From Phoronis australis (Eukaryota > Animalia > Phoronida), in assembly GCA_002633005.1 (NCBI GenBank), contig NMRA01000148.1, positions 62,001-126,000 of the forward strand: 64,000 nt of DNA, read 5' to 3'. Within the stretch, counting starts at the first letter, position 1. Each line of letters starts with the position of its first letter. Shown piece by piece: positions 48,208 through 61,000 of this stretch. The notes under the pieces are model-generated. The model saw nothing but the letters and a program-made list of their open reading frames with translations, searched no databases and was not told where the DNA came from. Made by a program: the position numbers and the translations under genes.

Positions 48208-50608
48208 TGTGTTAAACATAAATTTTCCTTGTTATTGGGAAATCAATTATTAGAAGAACTACATACAATCACATGTTATTCTGTAACTGATTAGTTTCTA
48301 GGCACCATAAAATTTGTTGTACACTGAGTATCAATGTGCAAACAGGAAATGATACGTCCCGGAAGNTTTCTTGGATAATACTCCAGGAATCAAGGAAAAT
48401 GCTTGATTTGTAGAGGTAAAAACAGAAAAATTTCCTGAGCGACCTCCCCCCATTCGGTGCTATGCGCATCTACAATCGTGGTTCAGTTTACGCAAATGCT
48501 TACAGCCGGACAAAATGTTGGGCCCCCCCCACTAAGCTGACGATTTCATATGTCATACATAGTCCCACGTACCGGCTGCTTCCTCAAAAAGCTTTACTTT
48601 CGCCTTACGCGTTGCTGTGTGGGCCTTTTGAAGACTTCAAAAGGTACAGGAAATAACGTTGTAAACACTTTGAAGCTTTTTAAAATTTCGCTTGCTTAGC
48701 GCTTCTTCAAGAAAGATGACGAATTTCAAAAGGCGTAAGTAGTATAAACAGAAACGCCCATGGACAGTTTCTCAGAAAATTTACTAGTTGCAAGTGGTGG
48801 GAGAAACTGTAGCGTCCTGAGGCAGTGGCGGATCAACGTGGCAAGCGGGCCATAACCATCGAAGGAACTGTATTCACGTAACTAAACTCTAAAAAGAGTA
48901 TTTGGTCTTGTCTGGAAGGGATGGGCTGAGCCCCTTTGCCAATCCCTCGCCCAAAGTATCCATAAATATTCAACGAGCGGAGGCAAACACGAACTCATAG
49001 ACAAATTGTTGGCGACCGGTGGAGGGGGGTGGGGGCGCTGAAATGACTAGCAACCTGAGGGCACTTCTCAGTGAACAGGGTGCCAAACGCAAAAATTGAA
49101 ATGTTTGACCAGGGGTGGGCTATTTACACTGAACAGGAGAAGCATGACCCATTTGTGCCTCTCGGAACTACGCCAATGCCCTCGCCCTAGAACCTGCTTG
49201 TACGGAGGTGGGTGATCGGTAACAAATTTTTCGCCCGCCAAGTAAATTCATTAGTGCTTTTATGAACCGTTTCCATGTTTCGATTTTAAATTTTCGCTTT
49301 GATATTAGAATTTTAAAACACAGAATAATGAATCAGTATTGGAAAATCCATTTTCAATATGAATTTCAAAAATTAATTTTTTTGACCGCCAACATTCCAT
49401 AGTTCAACTTTCCACCATGCTACTAAACAATTGCGACTCCGCTATCATAAAGAATACTTTGAGTGATTGAAAAGTAGTACATCACTCGCGCTCTTGACTA
49501 ATTTACTTTATTCTCCTACCACACATCTATTTGTCCGTCTGTTTGTTTGGTGTGATATGCAATTTTGAAGTTTATTCGTTTTAAGTGGCATATTTATTAC
49601 AGGAAGTAACACTGCTTATAGAAACATTTAATTAAAATTTTCTTGAGAAAAATTTCCCAGTCAAACTTCACTGATTCGCAATATCGTGTCCTAAATTAAC
49701 TGTGAAAAGAACACAACGTCTCGCTGTAGTACTAGAAGGGTGTTTGCGGAAAGTAGGTTAGACACCGTCTCCTGTAAATATTTATTTACTGACGGGTTAT
49801 GTTGACAAATTTGTCGACCACATATTACAATGTTCACGATAATTTTCAACGATATTCGTTCGAGCTCTGTGTATATCTTTGACGGTCGTTCGCATCGCAA
49901 CAATAAAGCATAGACAAAAAAACTAAATTATTGAAATGACACCTATATTTCGAGACTGTTCTTTTCTCATCACCAGGCAGAATTAAAATGATACAGGGTA
50001 ACAAGAACAAGTGACGAAGGGTCGGTCGTAACGATCTACACAGATGCAAGCCAATAGTGCTCAACTACTAGGAAAACAGAGCCAGTGTGCGTGCCTAGGG
50101 GCTGCTGCCAAATTATTCCGACAAGCTGCGTGTCTATCTGATCCCGTCGCTCCTTTCTTTTACTCCCCACAGGTACCCTGAATATACGATGCATTCTTCA
50201 ACGCGTTCCTTTACCGTCTCATAGTAGTAGCACGATTCATGTAAAGGATTGCACGAGACAAAAATAGAGAGTCAAAAAACCCTCTACAAAATTGAAACAA
50301 GAATGTGAAATGTTTGTTTCAATCAGTTAAAATATACCACTACGTTCAACTTCGCCACTGTAGTTTTGTTCAGGAACGTTCTAATAGAACACCTGGCTTG
50401 TCTCCGAAGGAAATGATGGACGGTGGCATAAATGAACAGTAGAACATATTTTAGCTATCCTTTGAAAATGTTGTTTCCACAATTCTGTGGAGGTTTTGGA
50501 TATTAAAGATGGCAAAGGAAATTTAGTCTGATGTTTGACATTCATGAATGAAGTGTCTCGCCGGAGAGTTTTAGCCGGTTGAGCACTTTGATGTAGGTCT
50601 ATGAATCA

Positions 50609-50749
50609 TCATCAGATGGCGCTGTGACAACCGTTCATGACGTAAACATTCGCCATTTTGTTGTTTTATCTTTGCAGGTCGATCGTAATGTAATGTAAAA
50701 CAACTTGGCGGTGTTTCAGACAGGGTGGCAGCTTTGCACTATGATTGGA
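50609..50749 (+). promoter_or_regulatory. Probable MTMR3/4 promoter and 5' non-coding exon
   Basis: CTCF-like tcatcagatggcgctg (50609), CRE-like tgacgtaa (50638), YY1-like cgccattttg (50651), strong donor gtaagt at 50750. Confidence 0.55.
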
Positions 50750-52015
50750 GTAAGTATGAGTTTTGGGAATTGCTAAAGCATGCCAACTAAACGCATTTTT
50801 GCAAGTTTTCTTGATGCAGGAAGACCGGGAGGAGGTGTTGTCAACATCCGAACATCACCGCTTTCCCAGTCACCGGAGTCGGGTCTTGTGTGGGTGTGTA
50901 CGAAAATTAATGCCTCGTCCAGAAGTTCTGTTCATGAAATGCCTAATAAACGTGATGGCACCAAGTGCGTTTTTAAAAGGCGCATTGGTACTGATACTGT
51001 CAAAATGATTGGTTGGGTCAATTCAATATTCCTTTCCTCAACCTCGACCTCGTATTTGAAACGTCCATGGAAGTGGTAATTCCCCGTGATCTCATGAAAA
51101 TGAAAGCACTCTCACTTTCAGAATGTATTCAAGCACATGTTCATCGTATCGTATGGCTTCAGCAAAATTTCATACTGCTTACTTCTCGTCTTGAAAAGTC
51201 TACTTACCATAATCTTTATCTTGAACATGAGTTCAGATAGTCATTATTTCAGACGGAGATGTTTGGCCAATAGTAAGTAATTCCAAATATAGCTTTTGAG
51301 GCAGATGCCTGTCAATCAGTGTTAACATGTTCTAACAAACGGGTCTTCTTGTCTGATGTTGCAGACGCCACGCAATTTATAGATAAGGTTCTTAAAGTTT
51401 GAACTTTAAAACTACAATGACTCGTGATATCTCCAGTCACTTGTTCACTGATTAGCCCATATTCAACTGCTGCTGCCATTGTTTTTCACCCTGCTACAAA
51501 TTATTCATCTTTTTACAGATCAAATTTCTTTATTGTGAAGTTGTAATGGAACATTTTTGGACCTCAAGTCTGACTTGCTGCTATTTGTGTGTCCTACTTA
51601 TTCTTTTATTTATTTTTGTGATTGATTTGTTATGTATTTTTTCTTGTATTTTCTATAGTTGTGTGAGCTAAATAAATGAGGTAAAAAATAAAAACCTGTT
51701 GTTTTGTCAATGTAACTGTCAAAAGGTTGAGGATTATTTACCAATGCTGGGCTACTTTACCGAAATTTTATGATTTTAAAACTTGGTAGCTTTGTCCAAG
51801 ATTTTATATATGTCAAGATTCTATTGATTACTAGTAAGCTGCATGCAGTTCACATTCAAGTTACTGTATGATTCAGAATCAGGTGAATAAATCCCCTATG
51901 TTGATTATAACTTGTTTGTATTATCTATTGTTTTTTTAAGTTCCTATTAGTGCCAGATTGCAGTTACTTGCTTATTTTTTCAGGAACTGTTTTGGATTGT
52001 GTGAAGAATTACCAA

Positions 52016-55000
52016 ATGGTAAGTATAAGATGTCGCAATAGGTAATCTATTCAACAGTTAAATCCAAGGATTATCATTTTAAAATTAACTATAAATAGTT
52101 ACTGGTTCTGGTTTGTTTTTTTTTGGAAATTGATGTGGTACTTTAGTGTTCTTTACTTGTTTACCTGGTGTGAGATTCTTTGTCGTCGTCTCAGACCATC
52201 TTCAGTCCTTCAGTGCCGCGATCGCGTGTGGACCGCTGGTGTGTGTGAGGTAATGCTTGTAACCTGATTTAGTCAGTCAGGAGATGATTGTGACTTGACT
52301 TCATAAGCCACGGCGTTCTAACCTTGGTTGAATGGATGTGTGTTGCTTTTGAAAACAGTTTGAAAGCTTGGGTAAAATTGATGTGAGGTAGCAGGCTTTT
52401 GTTTTTTTCATAGTGAAACAGAGGTTTCAAAATGAGTTAGGACGCCGACCAGAAGCATGCTTTTTTGGCCTAAGCTATGTTGCGTTCTATTTTAAATACC
52501 GGTAAGATATCTTTTGTTCTAGTTTTCATAAACCACTCGTCTATTTCTGCTAAATGACCATAGCAGTTGTTTTGTCCTTTTGCTTTATCAGATGCATCGC
52601 TTGGCTTGTGTTTGAAATGTCAAGAAAACTTTTAGGGCCATTTCAGGCTATCTAGTTTTTATAAAGATTAGTTGAGAGAAGCCTGAAATTTTTATTGAAT
52701 TTATGAACCAGCAAGGTCTGCTTAAAGTGGACTCCTTCTTAAAAGGTCATTTCCTTTTTACTCACTACCTAGAATCCCAAGTAATGTAAAAGGTTGAACT
52801 CAATAATGATGCCTCAGACGTTTCCACTTGATAAAAATGAAAGCACCCTGATAGAGCAGCACTCGGCAAAATCAGCTAAAGAAGGGAGTATAACGATGAT
52901 GGCAGGGAGGGCATTGTTGACACAACAACCATGACACCACACGATGATGCATAAGGTGATGTCTAGGACCACAATGTGGTAAAACAATGACAATGCTGCT
53001 AGGAATGCCACTAACAACGCTATCGTCAAAGATGACGATGTCTCCTCCAACATTGATGGCAACACTGATGCATCGACATGTATTTCAAAAATGCAGATAA
53101 TGACAACCTCGGTGACACGAGATGTCCGCCAAAACCAATAATGCCAACAATGGCAATGCCTCTGATGCCTATTGTGCTGCAACTGATGTGTCCGTAACAC
53201 TGACCAGGCCAAGGAAGATGACACCGCTGGAACCAACATTGATGGTCATCAGCACCATGTACTCTTGAGTTCCAAATAGTTGTAGAGACAGCAATAATAG
53301 TATAGACCGGAAATTTTCATGATTTCTAAGAATAGTATAGACCCAGCATTTTTGCCACTAGGAAATTAGAATATTAATAGTATAGACCGGAAATTTACGG
53401 AAAAATTAATAATAGTATAGAATGGAATAATGGTATAGACGGCAAATTTGTAGAAATTTAAAAACAGTGTAGACTGGAATAATGATATTGATTGCAAATT
53501 TGAATAAAATTTAATGATATAGAAGGCAATAATAGTGCGAAACAGCAATTCTAGGAAATAATTTTATAGACGGGAAATTTTTGGAAAATTAAAAAATAGT
53601 ATAGCCTCTAATAATAACATTGATTACAAATTTGCGTAAAATCTAGTAACAGTAGCTGGAAATAATGATATAGATGGGAATAATAGTGCAAAGAAGCAAA
53701 TTCTGTCTGACTTACCTCTGTTTTAAGAAGTTGTTTCAAAGAAAAACCATTAAACTGAACATTTATAATTAAATTATTGCAGTGGTGTATAGTAATGTAA
53801 TAACATAGTACAGTGAAGTGGAATAAAAGTGCCATTGATAAAACAAAGACCATTTGTTTATTCAGGAACTTTAAATGGAAGTGTATACAGGCGTGTTTCA
53901 AACAGTATGTGGATAATATTTTACTCAAAAAAGAAAGTGACATTCATGCTAGAGATGCCAATGTTGACTAAATCCAAAAACTATAACACGGAGGTAAGGA
54001 TTTCAGCAGCAATGTCCTGTCTTCCACGAAGCCGACAGTCTGAATAAAGACAATAAAGTGTCTTGGTAAAACGAGTCGCATTTTTATCAAACATGTTCCT
54101 GATAGTCGAGCCTTAGTTTTCTCTCAATCTCATGTCTTGCACAACGTTCATAGTCGATATCCTCGTAATGTTAATCTAAATTTGACGTCAAAAAGTCGGT
54201 ACATCCAAAATTTTACATGATCAGAAATTGCAGAATTGCCCAACATACGAGTCCACGACTACGTCCATTATCTAACTAGGTAGAGTAAACAATCCGATTC
54301 ACGTGCGTTTCCATTTATTTGGACGGGAGAGCAAGTAGAAATCAATTTCACTAAAGGTATCGACTGGATTGTTGAACATTAGCAACTATGCCATTTTCAA
54401 GATTGTCACAAATGCATTACTCCTGTTCATAAAAACAATCTATTCTCATGTTTGGAGTGAATTGTAAAAATGCTGATGTCTGATGTCGGTAACTTGTCGG
54501 TACTTTGATTGAAAGGTTCACCGTTCATTGCACGGGTATTTTCGCTTCGTTGAGTGGCCGCGATATCACCACGATCCATATCTATATCTGGATTATTTGT
54601 CGTACCAGCATCTGAATCAATGTATGTAATCTGGAACATCTCTTGGTTTGTAAAGTAATCCTCGAGTCCTTTAAGCCTTTGGGCGGCAGACGATATGACT
54701 AAGTGTGTAGAATGCGCACGTCAATCATGACGGAAACCGTAGATGACACTGGCTGTGCAAAATCCTGGAATTACTCCCCCGGAAGCGCAAACGTCAGGGA
54801 CAGACACAGTCAAGAGTTGTAATGGCTTGCCAGTTTTCATAGGTTGCAACCATAAATATTGGATCAGTCAAAGAAACCCTTATAAGATTAATGAGATTAT
54901 CAAATTCAATTGGCCAGTACAATGAGAAATGGACCAAAACTAACCAATAGTATTCTTCTAAATGAGATATGCACAATTAGTAACCAATGAAAGTTGTCAA

Positions 55001-58000
55001 AAGCGTTTCCATTCATAGGTATGTTGGACTGCCGGTTGCACAAACCTTTGTCACGAGGCACGCGGAATATTGAAAAGTGCGCTAAGAAAGCACTTAATTA
55101 AGCTGTAAATTTCTTATTTCTGAAATGGCCGATGGCCTATTCATTTGAGCGACGGTCGACCAGCCAAAAATATCGAGAAAGTGGTAATCATTTCAAGGTT
55201 TTTAAACTTTTTGTAGATCTTTTTTAATTTTGACCCTCCCATCGAAATCATCTAAAATAACATTCAGGCCATCCAAAAGTCGGCCGCTGCGTAAACCCTT
55301 GCTTGGGAGTCCCGATTGTTTTAAGCTTTGAAACGTACAGTTGTATATTTTAGTGAATAAAATATTTTTTAATGCGCATGACATGTGACTTTCGTGTGTA
55401 GCGTGGAGTCGTAAATAGTCTTTCTGAATTGAGTGTCTGTGGTCTAGAGGTTAGGACTGAGTACTCTAAATCTGAAAGTCAGGTTACGATACCCGGTGTC
55501 ATCAACGAAGTTTTTGTGTAGCGTTAATGAAATAAAATTGTGAAATAGTCTACTCTCAATTTCAGCTGAATCAAGTAATCGTGGAAAGCGGAAAAAGTTT
55601 CCAAAATTAATAAACGTAGAGACCCGACTAAGCTCAGTATAGACGGGAAAACGAGTCTGAAATTATAAATAATCTTATAAATACGGCTATTCGGAAGTCG
55701 AGAGTACATTTATGATGAAAGGTTCGACAACGAGGCTCAATCACCAGGATAGCAAGGACTATCATCTGGAAATCTTGCATAACTCTTGAACGGCCACTTA
55801 CAGTGTAACAATACTTGTTGAGCAATGCTAAAGATTTATACAAGTTTATAAAAATTTGTTTAAGAATGCTGGAGTCATGGCTCTTTAAAGAGGCATTTTG
55901 TAAAATGGCAGATTTACATAAAATGCAAATTTTAAGATAATATGTCACATATTGTGGATAAATTTCAAATCAAACGAGCAACATGGTGTCCTGCCAATAC
56001 TAGAATAGTCTAGAACCGTTTCTCTACCCCACATGCCTGCCAATGTTACAGCATCGGACCTAGTGAATGCCGTATCGGTCAAGAATGGTAAGTCAAGTGG
56101 GAAGCGAATCGTACACTTTTAGTAGGTCTTGATAAGATCTATTCATGTACCAAGTTTCAGAAAGATGGTTGCAGGGTGCCAAAGATACAGCACCAGGAGA
56201 AATGGATAGCGCACACCAGATAGCCCTTGACAAGGCCAGTTAACATACCGAATTTCAAAAGAATACCTCAAGACTGTGGAGTTAGAGCTCCGCAGAGCGA
56301 AAATTCGAAAAATGGCCATCGCTGCGGCATCTTTTTCTCATTTCAACCAAAACAATAGGCTTGGAGTTTTTGACGAGATACATCTTGTGTGTGAATTTCA
56401 TGTCTGTCGGACATGTAACGTACATATAAAGAAACCATCCATTCAGTTTTGTGTCTGTCTTTTTGACAAACGCTTTGTCTTAAAACTACGTTCTTTCATT
56501 TTATGGTAAAAACTCACACGTACACCAAGTTACCATGTGAATTTCTAACTAAACACATACACGTGTGCAGCATGATCACATGTTCAATAGCTTGGAAATA
56601 GGAGTAAAGGCCATTACTGACGGAATAAATAAAAGCAAAATTAAATATTTAGACATTGACTTAATTTATGAAGTACATTTTATTGTGTTTTTATTTGTTT
56701 TTCATATCTTAGAAAGTAGAGGCTAAAACAAAGTGTGCACTTACTTGTTTGAGTAATAGCATTGCCTAGGTATTGCGTTAGTCTGCATTTTGGATGTGTG
56801 GTGACCGTCCCTCCCTTGCAACCCCCCAGGTTTCTATGTGTGTCAATTCCCCGCCCACCCATGCCACCCCTCGGGTATTTGTGTGGCTACTCCCTGGGTT
56901 TTTGCGCTTGGTGATTCCCACCCCCTTCCTGCCCATGAAACGCCAAGGGTTTCATTGTCCTGTTGAAACTACCATTGTTTGTTCATCACAGTGCTTAGGG
57001 TGATTAGCATCGATTTTATTGCCACAAACAGAACCCATTGGATTATGAATAACGGGGAGAGTCTCAATGCAAATAGTCGCAACTTTTTAACCTTTCTACA
57101 TTCCATGTGATATCCCCTTAGGCTAATTATGGTGTTGCATCACTGCATCATTGCCATAAGCTGTTTGTTTCATCTAGAGTTAGTATGTTTGAGTAATCTC
57201 AATAAAACCCCTTGTGTACCAGTCGCCATGTTTTAGGCAGTTTCATACCAATGTAGTGTCGACATAGACTTTGAAGTTAGTTGAACCTTTGGGACCGGCT
57301 TTAGTTGTTGATGGATACCAGAGTTATGGCAGTTTGATGGGTGTGTCATTGAAATTACCACTCTGAGAACAATCGGGCATAATTTAAAAAAAATAGAATT
57401 GATAGGATATTTAATGAAGTGATGTGCTCACATTGTCAGAAGAGTGAATATTTGAACAAAATATCAACTAATACCGCATCACTGCTGTTAAATTCATCTA
57501 CAGGTGTATGTGTTACTGCGAAGTTAACTTGTGCTCTGAATTCTGATCCAAGTCAAATGTTAACTGGTCATATCAACGTACACTCCTCAAAACATCAACA
57601 TGTCTACATTAGTATAAAAAGGTCCTTTTATTCCTAAATGCAGGGTATTCAAGTTTGCTCTGCTCATAAGCTATTCTTTGCCCAACTGCGGAATACTCTC
57701 ATAGAAGAAGTTATACGGAATGTTCTGTTCTTAAGGGTGACCTTTTCACGACCAGTTTTCCTCCGAAAGGGTTCTTTTGTCAAAATTCCCAACGAAGGTG
57801 TGGCTTTTGATCTGACGATTTCCTAGCAGTGGTTTGGGAGTTCTAAACTATAGAGAATATGCGCGCACCCAACCTAAAAATGAGGGGCTTGAATTTTTGC
57901 GAATGTGGATCTTTCACCAACATTTGAGGGGTGTGTTCAGAGCTATGAATTGTGCATTTGCCAGATTTCATTTGTTCCTGCCTTTTTAGTGGACTTTTGT

Positions 58001-61000
58001 CTCGTTTTCTACTTTTTTCGTAGTTTTCGTTTTTTTTTGCACACTTCACCAAGTGAGGGAGCTCGCCTCTTGAGCCCCTCCTGGGTGCGCGCATGGAGAA
58101 GGTGTCCTTTTATCAACTTCACCAGTCCACAATAGGTTTTTAGTGGTATCTACATTTTTAAAAAGAAAGATTCCCTCATTTTAACAGCATGGCATATCAT
58201 CTTGCACTGTTCCATTGTAGATGGGTTAAAAATTAACTGTCCAAGACTCCCTGTGAAAGGTTCAGTTTATGGAAGTGACACTTACTGTACAAAATTGTGT
58301 ACATGATCTTTCTGGAACAAACCTTACAAGAAGGATGACATTATCATGGAAGTTATCTACAAATGGGTGCCATTCTCTGTTTACTCTCTAAATTGGTGGA
58401 TATCCCAATTTTCTATCTGCACCCCCACATCGAAAATGTGGCCAAGTACCTCTTGGATTTGCACAACAGAATTGTTCTAAAAGTTTCTTCCTAAGCATTT
58501 TCGTGTACAGTAAACCATGCATACGTTGGATTGAACTGCGCTGAGATACTGTACCCGAGTATTTGAACTCCTAACTTGTCTGAGGGGTTGAGGGCACAAA
58601 CTGAGCAACTGTGCTTCGTCCAAGTTTAGTGAAAATCTGAATTCTGGATGCGTGACTTATACGAGTTTCACTGTATGCCATTTCCCGTTTTTGCCCATTT
58701 TCTGCATCAGATTTATTATTAATGCAGAATATTGAAAAAAATCATCCAATTGTGATTGCTGTTTGTGAAATGAATCATCAACTTCCTGACACAGTACTGT
58801 CCCAAAATGTGTTATCATATAGGCTAGAGCTGGGTTTTTCCACTCTGTACTCATCAAATAACAATCATATACTGACATAATTTCAATTCATACGTTTTGA
58901 TACAGATTCTCAATGAACTTGTAGAAAGAACGGAAATGATTTTTTGATCGACGAAAAAATTTTGCGTTGAACCTGCACTATTGGTACAAACTGGCAATTA
59001 TGATGCAGCAGTAGGTATTCTTAGTACGTAGCAGTGTAATTATACAACTATCATGTACTAGTAAGTAGGCTATAGTTAGTGCAGAGCTGTATTTATGTAC
59101 CATAATTATACAACTATCATGTACTAGTAAGTAGGCTATAGTTAGTGCAGAGCTGTATTTATGTACCATAATTATACAACTATCATGTACTAGTAAGTAG
59201 GCTTTAGTTAGTGCAGAGCAGTATACATTCATCATGTACTTACTAGTGGTATCCTTAGTCCACAGCTGGATAAGTAAACAGCTTTCTACAGATGTGGGTA
59301 AATAACTGGCCAAATAAAATCTGACACAAAATTAATTTCATAGTCTCCCAAAAGAAAAATTTAAGCAATTGGCGCTTGTGCATGTCACGAGCTAACTGTT
59401 TTCAAATAGGTAACAAACTTTTCTTTGTTACTAAAGCCGAAGAATGATGCAAGAAAATGGTGTTTATTATTTTGTTTTTCACTTTAACGAGTGTAACGAG
59501 CTAGGTGAGTGGTGATTGACTCCCAGATTTTGCCTGCCCCCCCCCTCTGCTGGTCGTTAACTCCACTTGATATACGTTTCATGACACTTTGACAAGGTGA
59601 CCAGCAGAACTATGTGGGTGTTGTAAAATTTAGAGGTTTACGTGAAGTTAACACACTGTGGTTGTTAGCTGTATTTTGGCATTGGTCTTCATCCTGCTAG
59701 ATGTCTGCTAAAAACTAGGTAACTTCATGTAAGCTAAGACGAGGTCGGGTTTCTTACTGTAATGACTTCTTAATATTTAGAAATGTCACCCTCTGGCCAT
59801 CACCCCTCATGGGTAATGCCACAAGTAGCCAAAACTGCATTTTGCAGAAGTGATTCTAATCTTGAGAATTTTTTAGTCATTGGAAAAGAATTTTGGGTGG
59901 TTTTTAAATATTTTTCATAGAAAAACGGTGCCGATATTTGCTCCCAAAATCGAGGCATCTATGGCACTAAAGAATAGGTAAAACACCTTTTGTTTTGTCC
60001 GTTTATTTTATTGTTATTCTGCACACAGTGAGAATTATTATAAGACGGATTCCATGAGCAGTATCATGAAAAGACAAAGGTACAGTTTGTAGTATAAGGT
60101 TAAAGTATTCGCGGTGCAGCTTTACCTACAAACTAACACCAGCGTAGTATGCCTGGAGAACGAGCTTAAAGGTGCTGTCAATACCAAACAAACATCAGTG
60201 TTGGATTAAAAGTAAAGGACACTGTTGTTGACATGACCAGCTTGTGTTGCTAAGTTACTTGATGATATTTTTACCACCAATCACGATCCAGAATAGTTTG
60301 TAGTCTCCAAGTTCCTTTTAGGAACTAGTCTAACTAGTTTGCCTTCTTCCACACTTCTTTATCACCATCATGTTCCATTCTAGGTTAGCTTATCTGACGC
60401 CAGCTTGGAGCATATCCATGCCACCGAGTTGTTTCCACTCGGTCGGGCTGAGAGTGAGGACCCTGATGTCGATGTTCCGTTTCCGCTGCTCTGCGGAGAG
60501 TTTGTAAAGTATTTGGGATACACTGCAGATGGCACCATTGTCATTTCTAATTTCCGTGTTGGACTGATGTTCAACGGATCCTTGATCGTGCTGCCGCTGG
60601 GAGTCATTGAGTACATTGAAACGCGGGAGATCTTCTTCCTGTACATTTTCTGCAAGGACGGCCATTCTGTCAGGTACTGTGCACAGCTGTAACCATGCAT
60701 CAACTGACACTGCAGTCTTTCCAATTTAGGATACAATATGGCTGACAGCTGACATTTTATTTTGTCATATACGATAAATAGCACAAAATTAATGCTTTAC
60801 AATGTCCAAGTTTTGTATGATGTCTACAAACTTCTTTGGTTCTTACAACAATTCAAAAAGATCATGAAAAGATAAAAGAGCAATTTTGCTAATTGATTTT
60901 GTCCGACATTTGTAAGGTTTTTACCCTGTTCTGTTACCCAAAACAGCTTATATACAGGAGAATTGGTATTTGGCCGTGTTTGCTGGTAGCTGCTGGTATA

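Noticed and set aside
50763-51240. Overlapping 75-99 aa ORFs near the MTMR promoter
   Set aside because: No recognisable domain or consistent splice signals; they lie in the probable first intron.
53981-54760. Decayed coding-like tract on the minus strand ending NAT..GRQDIAAEIL (Death-domain-like)
   Set aside because: Spacing is off, upstream frames are full of stops, and the similarity is too short to support without an HMM search.
58978-59313. 111-aa ORF with a 22-residue repeat
   Set aside because: Artefact of the 66-bp minisatellite inside an MTMR intron.
60029-60079. Alternative first coding exon for MTMR3/4 (ATG AGC AGT ATC ATG...AG|gtac)
   Set aside because: Ends in phase 2, whereas exon 60384 needs phase 0.
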